Below are positions 24,136 through 32,000 of a stretch of DNA of 32,000 nucleotides, one piece after another. Both the position numbers and the translations under genes were made by a program. This stretch comes from Ignicoccus hospitalis KIN4/I. GTDB lineage: Archaea; Thermoproteota; Thermoprotei_A; Sulfolobales; Ignicoccaceae. Numbering within the stretch: the first letter of the stretch is position 1; every line of letters starts with the position of its first letter. The stretch is taken from positions 870,001-902,000 of the forward strand of contig NC_009776.1 of NCBI RefSeq assembly GCF_000017945.1. The letters run 5' to 3'. The notes under the pieces were generated by a model. The model had not been told where the DNA came from. It saw nothing but the letters and a program-made list of their open reading frames with translations, and did no database searches.

Positions 24136-24326
24136 AGCACGAACAGCTCCTTTTCGCACTCGTAGCAAGGCTCCTTTTTGATTATTCCTTTCCTCACGGC
24201 CTCAGCTATCAAAGTCCTCGCCCTCGCCGCCCCGAGTTTCGGGGCTAGTTTCTCCAACAGCTCTGCGGAGGAGGCCTTGCCTCCGAGCTCCTCTAGCGCC
24301 TTCACGACTTCTTCTACCCCTTCCAA
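24117..24326 (-). CDS. Small (69-aa) winged-helix-like DNA-binding protein
   Basis: VVKALEELGGKASSAELLEKL...ARARTLIAEAVRKGIIKKE fits a wH pattern, followed by a CYEC pair. TTG start about 37 nt from an AT-rich box. Confidence 0.5.
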   Translation of the reverse strand: MEGVEEVVKALEELGGKASSAELLEKLAPKLGAARARTLIAEAVRKGIIKKEPCYECEKELFVLQNPKI

Positions 24327-24356
24327 AGGGCCCTCCAGCGACGCTCTCGAAAAAGG

Positions 24357-24369
24357 TAATATTATAATA
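24357..24369. promoter_or_regulatory. AT-rich bidirectional TATA region TAATATTATAATA
   Basis: Centred 33 nt upstream of ATG 24396 (plus strand) and 37 nt upstream of TTG 24326 (minus strand). Confidence 0.5.
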
Positions 24370-24395
24370 GGGGGGTCAGAGCCGAACTACCGACG

Positions 24396-24713
24396 ATGAA
24401 CAATGAGGGGTTGATGCTACTCCTCATAGCGGCCGTAGCACTGGCCAGCGCCTACCAAGTCCTCGGAGGGGAAGGTATACTGAAAGAGAAGAGTATAGTG
24501 GTGTGCGGGAAGGAGCTGAAAATAGCTCCTAACAACAAACTACCTAGCGTCGTGAAGGCCCTACGCGTTCAAAGCGGCTGCCGACCGAAGGTTATTCACG
24601 TTTACAAGCTGAACGTAATAATACCTAATAGGACCGAGATACAAGAAGCGCTGCCCTACACGACCTCCGCCCCGGCGGCGAGGCCGGGTGGCAGCTGGAC
24701 GAGTACCACATGA
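24396..24713 (+). CDS. Signal peptide plus propeptide-like N-terminal fragment of the downstream S8 subtilase (separate frame)
   Basis: Signal/anchor segment MLLLIAAVALASAYQV. A KVIHVYKLNVIIP segment resembles an I9-type propeptide. It ends at a TGA that overlaps ATG 24710 (ATGA). Confidence 0.5.
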   Translation: MNNEGLMLLLIAAVALASAYQVLGGEGILKEKSIVVCGKELKIAPNNKLPSVVKALRVQSGCRPKVIHVYKLNVIIPNRTEIQEALPYTTSAPAARPGGSWTSTT

Positions 24714-26083
24714 ACGTCACCGGAGCCTTCGGGACGACTTCTAAAGAGGCTGTCGGCGTAGTGGTGATAGACACCGGGATATCTAGGAACCTCCCCGACC
24801 CCATGAGGAGCGCTATAGACTACGAGGACGGCGTCGCGTTGACCAGCTTCGTAGACGACCTGGCTTCTCTAGGGGTTTGTAATGACACCGGCACTTACAC
24901 GTTCAGCAACCTCACTCTTGTGGAGTACTTATGGCCACCCTTTAACTACACCTTGCCCACGGACGTATCGTTTAGGTACTGTTTGGTTGCCGATAGAGAT
25001 GAAAACTCGACACTAGTAATACTCCAAGCTGAGGAGCTGAGCGACCAAGTCGGCCACGGGACTTTCGTTGCCTCCCAGATAGTCGGTGACTTCGACGGCG
25101 TTACGAAGTACGTGTACTCGTCGCCCTACTCTAATATTATAGAACGCGCAGAATACGTCGACAAGGTCGTTACCGGAGTCGCCGCTCCGTCGACCGGCGC
25201 AAGGGTTTACGTAATACCGATAAAGGCCGACTTTCTCATCCTATACTCGTGGGACAACGCCTACTCCACCCTAAAGGAGTTCTTGGGCAACGTTAGCGTC
25301 GAGGTGTCGGACGGCGTCTACTACTTAAAGAACACAGTTATTGACGGAGGATACTTCGACGATTACTCCCTAGGCAACGCAACAATAGTAGCGTCAAAGC
25401 TCGCTCGGGAAGGCAAAGCTAAGGTGGTCAACTTCAGCTTGGGCTGGTGGACGGATTACACCGGCCTCGACATAAGCTGCCGCGCTGTGATCTCCCCCCT
25501 CTTGGAGAGCGGCCTCACCGTAGTGGCCGCGGCGGGCAACAACGGTATAGACATAGAACTCTTTAACCAAGCCTATGACCTCTACCTGTTCCCCGCCCAA
25601 TGTGACGGCGTGATTGCGGTAAGCGCCTTCGGGCCGGCGAACGACTTAGCGTGGTTCTCCAACTACGACCCTGCGACCTTCGGCGCCCCCGGTCACGTAG
25701 TGCTAGGCCTTTACCCCGGGGATTCTATGTTAGCCATGGCGTCCTTGTGGGAGACGTCCCCGTACGGCGGAGACAGCAACAGCAACTTACTCACTTGGAG
25801 CAGCTGCACGAGCTACTCCTCCCCGGAGGTCGCCGGGGCCATAGCGTACTTGTACTCCTTAGGCCTCACCTTGGACGACATAAAGAACAACGCGAGGGAC
25901 GTGGCCCTCAAGAAGTACTCCGGCTACGGCTTCCCGGCCGTCGGCGACTACTTAAGGCTGTTGAACCAGCATAGCTCATCCGAAGACGAGGAAAGCAGCG
26001 CCGGGACTAACAGGGTGCCGGCCCTCGGAGTGTTGGCCTTGCCGTTCCTAGGCAAGCTGAGGAGGAGGTTCGCTTCCAAATGA
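24710..26083 (+). CDS. Subtilisin-like serine protease (peptidase S8) catalytic domain with C-terminal hydrophobic/basic anchor
   Basis: Catalytic residues: Asp in VVVIDTGI, His in HGTFVASQ, oxyanion Asn in AAAGNNG, Ser in CTSYSSPEVAG. Many N-x-S/T sequons. The C-terminus is ALGVLALPFLGKLRRRF. This frame is open upstream to 24632 and reads GWQLDEYH before the ATG. Confidence 0.8.
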   Translation: MNVTGAFGTTSKEAVGVVVIDTGISRNLPDPMRSAIDYEDGVALTSFVDDLASLGVCNDTGTYTFSNLTLVEYLWPPFNYTLPTDVSFRYCLVADRDENSTLVILQAEELSDQVGHGTFVASQIVGDFDGVTKYVYSSPYSNIIERAEYVDKVVTGVAAPSTGARVYVIPIKADFLILYSWDNAYSTLKEFLGNVSVEVSDGVYYLKNTVIDGGYFDDYSLGNATIVASKLAREGKAKVVNFSLGWWTDYTGLDISCRAVISPLLESGLTVVAAAGNNGIDIELFNQAYDLYLFPAQCDGVIAVSAFGPANDLAWFSNYDPATFGAPGHVVLGLYPGDSMLAMASLWETSPYGGDSNSNLLTWSSCTSYSSPEVAGAIAYLYSLGLTLDDIKNNARDVALKKYSGYGFPAVGDYLRLLNQHSSSEDEESSAGTNRVPALGVLALPFLGKLRRRFASK

Positions 26084-26101
26084 TTTTTTATTAAAACTTA
26101 G
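26084..26101. terminator. AT-rich 18-nt spacer with T runs on both strands between the convergent protease and radA genes
   Basis: TTTTTTATTAAAACTTAG: a T6 run on the plus strand directly after the TGA, and a T4 run on the minus strand after the radA stop. Confidence 0.45.
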
Positions 26102-27085
26102 TTAGTCCTCCGGGTCCCTTATTCCGCAGTCCGTTATCGCGAAGACAGCCTCCGCCTCCGGCAAGTGGGGAGCATCTACAACCCTCGCTATCCTCTTGTT
26201 GCCCCTCGCCTTCTTCAGCTGCACCCTCACGCCCGGGGCGTGGTAGAGTACGTGGCCGCCCACCGCTTGGGTGGGGTCGCCGTAGAACACGTCTGGCCTC
26301 GCCATTACTTGGTTTGTAATTATGACTGCGGTGTTGTAAACTTCCGCCAGCTTGCCCAGCTGGTGTAGGTGCTTATTCAACTTCTGTTGCCTTACCGCCA
26401 AGTTCTCCCGGCCGGGGTACTCCGCCCTGAAGTGGCTGGTCACCGAGTCGACCACTATTAGTTTCACGTTTTCCTTGGGTACCAAGTTGAAGAGCTCCTC
26501 TACGATGGCCATCTGGTGGTCGCTGTTAACTGCCCTGATGTAGTATATGTTGTCCATTACTTGGTCCGGGTCGAGGCCCAAGCACTTGGCCATTTGTTCT
26601 ATCCTCTCCCACCTGAAGGTGCCCTCGGTGTCTACGTAGACGGCCTTCGCGACCTTGTCGCCCTCGCTCAAGCCCCCTTGCTCCAAGGGGAGTTGGACGT
26701 TGACGCTCGCTTGGTGGCAGAGCTGGCTCTTGCCGCTCCCGAACTCGCCGAAGAATTCGGTTATGGTTTTGGTCTCTATACCGCCTCCCAGCAAGTCGTC
26801 CAAGTTCTTAGAGCCGGTGGTTATCTTCCTTAAGTTCATCCTTTCTAGCTTTACCTCTTTTGCCGTCCTGAACCTTATGTCCAGCATCTGCCTCGCGGCT
26901 CTGATGATCTTCTGGGCCGTAGTGAGGGGTATGCCTATCGCTACGAGCTCCTCCGGCGTGGCGACGGCCAGCGCCTCTATGGTGCCGTAGCCGGCGTCTA
27001 TCAGCTTGGCCGCGGTGGAGGGCCCCACGCCGGGGAGCTCCGCCACCGACGTCGGCCTCTTCTCCTCAGTGGCCACTTGACCCAC
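26102..27085 (-). CDS. radA: DNA repair and recombination protein RadA
   Basis: Hh[18 protein letters not shown], Walker [11 protein letters not shown], Walker B KLIVVDS, and near-identity of long blocks to crenarchaeal RadA as I remember it ([25 protein letters not shown]). The start is GTG 27085 (or 27076). The ORF extension to 27196 overlaps eno. Confidence 0.95.
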   Translation of the reverse strand: MGQVATEEKRPTSVAELPGVGPSTAAKLIDAGYGTIEALAVATPEELVAIGIPLTTAQKIIRAARQMLDIRFRTAKEVKLERMNLRKITTGSKNLDDLLGGGIETKTITEFFGEFGSGKSQLCHQASVNVQLPLEQGGLSEGDKVAKAVYVDTEGTFRWERIEQMAKCLGLDPDQVMDNIYYIRAVNSDHQMAIVEELFNLVPKENVKLIVVDSVTSHFRAEYPGRENLAVRQQKLNKHLHQLGKLAEVYNTAVIITNQVMARPDVFYGDPTQAVGGHVLYHAPGVRVQLKKARGNKRIARVVDAPHLPEAEAVFAITDCGIRDPED

Positions 27086-27100
27086 CCGTGCCCTATTGGG

Positions 27101-27119
27101 GTAAAAAAGAGCTTTATTA
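27101..27119 (-). promoter_or_regulatory. TATA region (minus strand CTAATAAAGCTCTTTTTTAC) for radA
   Basis: TAATAAAG is centred about 30 nt upstream of GTG 27085. TTTTTTAC is about 29 nt upstream of GTG 27076. Either combination fits a leaderless mRNA. Confidence 0.5.
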
Positions 27120-27140
27120 GTCAAGAGGGGTCGACGTAAC

Positions 27141-28385
27141 TCAAGTTCGGAAGTAGGCGTCCCTGGCGAACTTAGGCCTCCCGAGTTCCTCTTCAATCCT
27201 CAGCAGCTCGTTGTACTTGGCGGTCCTCTCGCCCCTCGCCGGCGCTCCGGCCTTTATCGCCGGCGCCCCGGAGCCCACGGCGAAGTGCGAGATGAACGTG
27301 TCCTCGGTCTCGCCGGAGCGGTGGCTTACTATCGCTGCCCACGAGGCCCTCTTCGCCATGTCAACCACCTCGTAGGCCTCCGTTACGGTCCCCACTTGGT
27401 TCACCTTCACGAGCACCGCGTTCGCGACCCCTTCCTCTATGGCCTTTTTTACTAGCTTGGGGTTGGTAACTAGCAAGTCGTCGCCTACAACCCTTATCTT
27501 CAACCTCTTGACGGCCTCCTTAAACCCTTCCCAGTCTTCCTCGTGGAGGGGATCTTCTATGCTAACGATCGGGTAGTCCCTTATCAGCTCCTCGTAGAGC
27601 TCCAACAGCCCCTCCCTATCCAGCTCCTTCCCGTCTATTCGGTACACCCCCTTCTCTTGGTCGTAAAAGTGTGTGGCGGCGGCGTCCAAGGCCAAGGCAA
27701 CCCTTCCCTCATACCCGGCCTTCTTTATTGCATTAACCAAGGCGTCCAGCGCCTCGCGCGTCTGCCTCATGGGGGGAGCGAAGCCCCCCTCGTCGCCCAC
27801 ATTAATTGCGGACTTGCCGTACTTCTCCTTCAAGTAGCTCTTCAAGTAGTGGTAGATCTCGGAAGCCGCTTGGAGGGCCTCAGAGAACGAAGAGAAGTCC
27901 CAAGGAACTATCATGAACTCTTGTATGGCTAGCTCGTTGCCCGCGTGGGCCCCGCCGTTTATCACGTTGAGGAGCGGGGTGGGCAAGGTTTGGGCCAAGG
28001 CGCCGCCCAAGTGGTAATATAGGGGTACCGACAAGCTGTCCGCCGCCGCCTTGGCCACCGCCATACTCGTGGCGACTATAGCGTTCGCGCCCAGCTTGGA
28101 CTTATTCTCCGTCCCGTCTAACTCTATCATTTTCATGTCTATCTCTTTCTGGTCCAAGGAGTCCATGCCTACGAGCGAAGGGCCTATTACTTCGTTTACG
28201 TTCCTTACGGCCTTCAGCACGCCCTTTCCCATGAACGCGTTCCCGCCGTCCCTCAGCTCGAGGGCCTCCTTGCTCCCCTTGGAAGCCCCGGCGGGGGCGG
28301 CCGCTCTGCCGAAGCCGCCCTCCGTGTAGACGTCTACCTCCACCGTGGGGTTGCCCCGGGAGTCCAGTATCCAGCGCCCCCTCAC
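27141..28385 (-). CDS. eno: Enolase (phosphopyruvate hydratase)
   Basis: [29 protein letters not shown] and [11 protein letters not shown] signatures. The GTG start gives an unusually short N-terminus, so the true start is uncertain by a few codons. Confidence 0.95.
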   Translation of the reverse strand: MRGRWILDSRGNPTVEVDVYTEGGFGRAAAPAGASKGSKEALELRDGGNAFMGKGVLKAVRNVNEVIGPSLVGMDSLDQKEIDMKMIELDGTENKSKLGANAIVATSMAVAKAAADSLSVPLYYHLGGALAQTLPTPLLNVINGGAHAGNELAIQEFMIVPWDFSSFSEALQAASEIYHYLKSYLKEKYGKSAINVGDEGGFAPPMRQTREALDALVNAIKKAGYEGRVALALDAAATHFYDQEKGVYRIDGKELDREGLLELYEELIRDYPIVSIEDPLHEEDWEGFKEAVKRLKIRVVGDDLLVTNPKLVKKAIEEGVANAVLVKVNQVGTVTEAYEVVDMAKRASWAAIVSHRSGETEDTFISHFAVGSGAPAIKAGAPARGERTAKYNELLRIEEELGRPKFARDAYFRT

Positions 28386-28479
28386 GAAGCGGATTACCGT
28401 GCTCGTGGCCCCACCACCGGGGGCCCTCCGGGAAGGCAGTAAAGACCTTCCAACCCTCTCGGCCCGTCGGAGAGGGACG

Positions 28480-29604
28480 TTGGAAGTACTCGAGGAGCTA
28501 CACCGCTTGGCGCTGGTGCTGGCGCTGCCCGGAGTGGCCTTGCTGATTCTACTGCCCCTCTACATTCGGGAGATGCACGGCAGCAGCGAGCTTATAGGAC
28601 TGGCGGCCAGCGTGGGGCCGCTCACCTTCGCGGCCCTCAGGCTTGTGGGAGGGGTGGCGACGGACGTCTTCGGGAGGAAGAGCACCTTCGTGTTCGGGAT
28701 AGCAGTCTACTCGCTCGGCCTGTTGATAATGGCCTTGGCCCCGAACGCCGACGTAGTGGCCTTGGGGGGCTCCATGTGCGGCACCGGCGCAATGGTAGCC
28801 ATGACGTCAGCGATAGTGATAGTCGCAGACGTGGCTCCCACTCCGGAGGCCTACGGCAAGCTGAGCAGCAGCCTGGCCCTAGGGGGCACGCTGGGTTCGG
28901 TGATCCCCTTAACGTTGATAAATTACTTCGGGCTGTTGGGGTTTAGGCTGAGCTTCTTCATATACTTCTTAGCCTCTGTTTACGCGTTGTACTTAGCTAA
29001 GCGGCTGCCGGAGACTAAGCCCAAGGAAACCAAGGTAGAGTTCGAGTGGTCTTGGAGGTGGGTGTTGGCCACAGCAATAGGCTCGCTCGTGGCCTTCTCC
29101 TCGGGGGCGGTGACCCCCTTCTTCCCGGTCTTCATAAGGGAGCAGTTCGGCTTGAGTCCCGTAGGGGTCATGATAGCTTACGCCCCCTCAGCCGTGGCGG
29201 CTATAGTTTCCCCCCGGCTGGCCGGCCGCGCCTCGCCGGAGGCGGCGGCCTTCGCGTTCGACTCGTTGGGCTCCTTCGGCTCTTTGTTGATAACTTGGAG
29301 GGACCCGGCCCTCTCCAGCTTGGGCTTCTCCTTCGTGACTGGAGCTGTGGGGGGCAGCTCGGTGGCGCAAGACGCTATGGTCGCCTCCTCTTGTAAGAGG
29401 TCGTGCGGGTTCATGGTGGGCCTCTACAACTCCATAACCCAGATATTCACCGGCCTCGCCTCCCTCTGGGCTGGGTCGGTCTACAGCTCTTGTCCCCAAA
29501 AAGTCTTCTTCACTGCCAGCGCCACCTTCGCGGCGGCGGCGACTATAGCGTTAGTAGCTATACTTAAAGGGAGGGTCGGCAGAAACGTTTGGACCGGGGA
29601 ATAA
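28480..29604 (+). CDS. Major facilitator superfamily transporter
   Basis: MFS motif A GGVATDVFGRKSTFVFG between TM2 and TM3, about 10-12 hydrophobic helices, and a central basic loop KRLPETKPKE. The start is uncertain: the maximal ORF begins at 28345, and TTG 28480 lies just before TM1. Confidence 0.75.
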   Translation: MEVLEELHRLALVLALPGVALLILLPLYIREMHGSSELIGLAASVGPLTFAALRLVGGVATDVFGRKSTFVFGIAVYSLGLLIMALAPNADVVALGGSMCGTGAMVAMTSAIVIVADVAPTPEAYGKLSSSLALGGTLGSVIPLTLINYFGLLGFRLSFFIYFLASVYALYLAKRLPETKPKETKVEFEWSWRWVLATAIGSLVAFSSGAVTPFFPVFIREQFGLSPVGVMIAYAPSAVAAIVSPRLAGRASPEAAAFAFDSLGSFGSLLITWRDPALSSLGFSFVTGAVGGSSVAQDAMVASSCKRSCGFMVGLYNSITQIFTGLASLWAGSVYSSCPQKVFFTASATFAAAATIALVAILKGRVGRNVWTGE

Positions 29605-31295
29605 TGCCCACCTTAGCTGAGGTTATAGAGAGCGTCCAAAGGAACTTGGCCGAACTCGCGGAGAGGATCAGGGCCAAGAAGCCGGCGGCGGACGTGCTGG
29701 AGAGGGCGAGGAGGGAGGGGAGCGGGACGGCGGCGGTGGCGGAGGGGGGAGCCAGGGTCTTTAGGAGCCTAATACCCCCCGAGAGGCTGATAGACTTCTA
29801 CTCCGTTAGGCCTCCCTACAGCTACGTATTGGTCTACATAGACGAGGAGGACAGGATGAGGTACCACACCATAGAGCCCGTCCTCACCCGGAGGGAGCTC
29901 GCGGGGCTGCTTAGGCTCAAGTCCTTGCTCTACCAAGAGTTCCACGCGAGGGCCGACATACTGAGGGAAACTGTCAAGAACCCGTTGGAGGCCGGGAGGC
30001 TGATAGCTCAAACGGTCAGGAGGATGGCGAGGGACTACGGCCTCAAGCTTCCGGCATTAAGCGTGGAGAAGATAACTTACTACATAGTGAGGGACACCGT
30101 CGGCTACGGGCCCATGGACGTCATAATCAACGACCCGGCGATAGAGGACATCTTCTGCGACGGCACCAACTTACCCATATACGTGTGGCACCAGAAGTAC
30201 GAGTGGCTCAGGAGCAACGTGGTCTGGATAGACGAGGACGAGCTGGTGAGGTACGTGAGGAAGTTGGCCGTGAGGGCGGGCAAGGAGCTTAGCTACGCCC
30301 AGCCCATACTGGACGGCGCCATACCCCCTTGGAAGTATAGGCTCCACGCCACGCACCCAATAGTCACTTATCGAGGGCCCTCCTTCACGATAAGGAAGTT
30401 CCGCGAGAACCCATTCACCTTGCCCGAGCTCGTTAGGCTCGGGACCATCTCACCCGAAATCGCCGCTTACTTGTGGATACTCGTGGACTCCATAAACTCC
30501 GCTCTAGTAGTGGGGGCCATGGCCTCTGGGAAAACAACAATGCTAAACGCGATCGCTATGATGATACCTCCGGAGAGCAAGATAGTCACCGCAGAGGACA
30601 CCCCGGAGATAAGGCTCCCCCACGAGAACTGGGTAGCTATGGTTACTAGGCCCTCCAACGAGCCCGGCGTAGCCAACATAACTTTGTACGACTTGTTGAA
30701 GTCAGCTTTGAGGCAGAGGCCGGAGTTCATCATCGTAGGAGAGATACGAGGCGAGGAAGCCTTCACCTTCTTCCAAGCGGTCTCCGTGGGCCACGGGGGC
30801 TTGGGGACGGTTCACGGAGAAACTATAGACGCTGCGATAAAGAGGCTAATTACCAAACCTATGGACGTGCCTAAGGGACTTATACCGTCGGTGAAGGTAT
30901 TCATTCACATGGCTAGGGTTAAGTACGGCGGCAAGATAGTTAGGAGGGCGCTGGAGGTAAGGGAAATAATTACCTTGGACGAGAGGGGAGACCTAGTTAT
31001 GAGCACCGCCTTCAAGTGGGACTACGAGACCGACACGTGGAAGGAGGCCCAACACTTGTACCTAATTGAGGACGCGGCCCAGAAGATGCTCATGGACTAT
31101 CACCAGCTGTACAACGAGATGAAGAGGAGGGCTGTTGTCATAAAGTGGATGGTGTGGAGGGAGAAAACGTCCGTAAAGGACGTAATGGAAATAACGAGGA
31201 AGTATAGGAGGAACCCCAACGCGGTCTACACTCAAGTAGCCTCGGAGCTGAGGGTGTCGGGGCTGGTGGAGGAGCTGGAGGTGCTCCCGATATGA
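29604..31295 (+). CDS. Archaeal type IV filament (archaellum/pilus) assembly ATPase, FlaI/ArlI-PilB superfamily
   Basis: YHTIEP and PAIEDIF N-domain motifs. Walker A GAMASGKTT, Asp box VTAEDTPEI, Walker B FIIVGEIRGEEA, His box GHGGLGTVHGE. ATG 29604 overlaps the MFS stop (TAATG). Confidence 0.85.
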   Translation: MPTLAEVIESVQRNLAELAERIRAKKPAADVLERARREGSGTAAVAEGGARVFRSLIPPERLIDFYSVRPPYSYVLVYIDEEDRMRYHTIEPVLTRRELAGLLRLKSLLYQEFHARADILRETVKNPLEAGRLIAQTVRRMARDYGLKLPALSVEKITYYIVRDTVGYGPMDVIINDPAIEDIFCDGTNLPIYVWHQKYEWLRSNVVWIDEDELVRYVRKLAVRAGKELSYAQPILDGAIPPWKYRLHATHPIVTYRGPSFTIRKFRENPFTLPELVRLGTISPEIAAYLWILVDSINSALVVGAMASGKTTMLNAIAMMIPPESKIVTAEDTPEIRLPHENWVAMVTRPSNEPGVANITLYDLLKSALRQRPEFIIVGEIRGEEAFTFFQAVSVGHGGLGTVHGETIDAAIKRLITKPMDVPKGLIPSVKVFIHMARVKYGGKIVRRALEVREIITLDERGDLVMSTAFKWDYETDTWKEAQHLYLIEDAAQKMLMDYHQLYNEMKRRAVVIKWMVWREKTSVKDVMEITRKYRRNPNAVYTQVASELRVSGLVEELEVLPI

Positions 31296-32000
31296 GCACC
31301 AAGGTAGTTTTAGAAGAGATCCTCGCGAAGTACGAAAGGAAGAAAAAGAAGGAGCTGGAGGCGCCGAGCCAAATATTCTACATCATGTATAGGATAGCCA
31401 AAGAGCTGGGTATAGAGAGGACTCTGGAGAAGTCCTTCAAAAGCTTGGAGAAGTACATAATAGGCTCCGCTCTCAAGGTGTCCTACCCGGTCTACGTCTC
31501 CACGATGGTGCTCCTCCCCCTGTTCATCGCTCCTATAATAGCCGCCTTCACGTTCTTCGTAACGTTTTACGTACTTTACTTGCCAGTTCCGATGGTATTC
31601 GCTTTAACCTTCCTTTCGTTCGTATTAGGCTACGCCATATTGTTCATGTTGTTCTACATGATACCTATAATGATGTTCTCGTCGAGAGCCCCCCAGCTGG
31701 AGAAGAGCTTGGTGGTGCTCTACGCTTACTTGGCCGCCCTAGGCGTCTCCGGGACCACTTACTCCGAGGCGCTGAGGAAGCTCTACGAGAAGAGCGAGAG
31801 CTTGGGCGCGGAGCCGGAGCTGGGCGAGGTTGTAAAGAGGGTGTTCATACTGGGCGAGGACATAGTTGAGGTCTTGAAGGAAGTGGCGGAGATGACCCCA
31901 CACAGGGACTTCTCGAACTTCTTGAGGGGCCTCGCCAACGTCATAGAGTCCGGCACCGGACTGGAGAACTTCGCCGATGTAGGCTTCGAAACTTCAATGG
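31292..32000 (+). CDS. FlaJ/TadC-like (type II secretion F-domain) polytopic membrane platform protein, 3' end outside the window
   Basis: I translated this ORF myself; it is not in the supplied track. It reads MSTKVVLEEILAKYERKKKKELE..., then two hydrophobic helices, then a cytoplasmic helical domain (LEKSLVVLYAYLAALGVSG...FSNFLRGLANVIESGTGL) typical of the FlaJ/TadC family. The ATG overlaps the ATPase stop (ATGA). Confidence 0.7.
   Translation, partial: MSTKVVLEEILAKYERKKKKELEAPSQIFYIMYRIAKELGIERTLEKSFKSLEKYIIGSALKVSYPVYVSTMVLLPLFIAPIIAAFTFFVTFYVLYLPVPMVFALTFLSFVLGYAILFMLFYMIPIMMFSSRAPQLEKSLVVLYAYLAALGVSGTTYSEALRKLYEKSESLGAEPELGEVVKRVFILGEDIVEVLKEVAEMTPHRDFSNFLRGLANVIESGTGLENFADVGFETSM

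Noticed and set aside
24632-24709. Programmed -1 ribosomal frameshifting as the explanation for the split subtilase.
   Set aside because: Reading frame 0 codon by codon, I found no X-XXY-YYZ slippery heptamer in the overlap interval. An indel is the simpler explanation. It is kept only as an alternative within the finding.
28454-28476. Hairpin CCCTCTC-(9 nt)-GAGAGGG ending 3 nt before the proposed MFS TTG start.
   Set aside because: It could occlude the start region, but the MFS start itself is uncertain and the stem may lie inside coding sequence if an upstream start is used. There is not enough evidence.

Overview
This is a densely packed chromosomal core region of a hyperthermophile-type crenarchaeon. 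That assignment is an inference from gene content (CdvA/CdvB/CdvC, TBP, RpoF, L10e, L37e, RadA, type II GAPDH, Dph2, Taw3) and from AGG/AGA-Arg and ATA-Ile codon usage. I could not name the species.

Gene order, left to right:
- helicase 3' fragment
- LSm, L37e, proteasome beta
- a 1051-aa secreted protein built from about 27 tandem DxDxDG repeats
- isopropylmalate/homoisocitrate-type dehydrogenase, convergent with a LeuA/homocitrate-synthase-type gene
- a hypothetical protein, a PsiE-like membrane protein, a HAD hydrolase, and a small ArsR-like wHTH gene running into rpoF
- tbp, serS, divergent tRNA-Asn and tRNA-Leu, cysS
- Memo-like protein, convergent with an epimerase
- a long minus-strand array: rpl10e, dph2, orf112, cdvA, cdvB, cdvC
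- taw3, gap, feoB, two tiny HTH-like ORFs
- a split S8 subtilase
- radA, eno
- MFS transporter, FlaI-like type IV filament ATPase, FlaJ/TadC-like membrane protein (truncated by the window end)

I saw no CRISPR array, transposase, integrase, or recognisable defence or toxin genes, so most of the window is ordinary housekeeping.

Items that deserve a second look:
1. The giant Ca-binding-repeat protein and its perfect internal duplications.
2. A C7 homopolymer that decides whether the wHTH gene overlaps, couples to, or fuses with rpoF.
3. An uncharacterised Cys/His-containing 112-aa gene that overlaps cdvA's start by 10 nt (possible translational coupling).
4. A subtilase whose signal/pro region and catalytic domain are in different frames.
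5. A GC-rich structured spacer next to tRNA-Asn.
6. A pilin-less type IV ATPase/platform pair overlapping an MFS gene.

All functional calls rest on motifs I can read in the translations. No database search was run.
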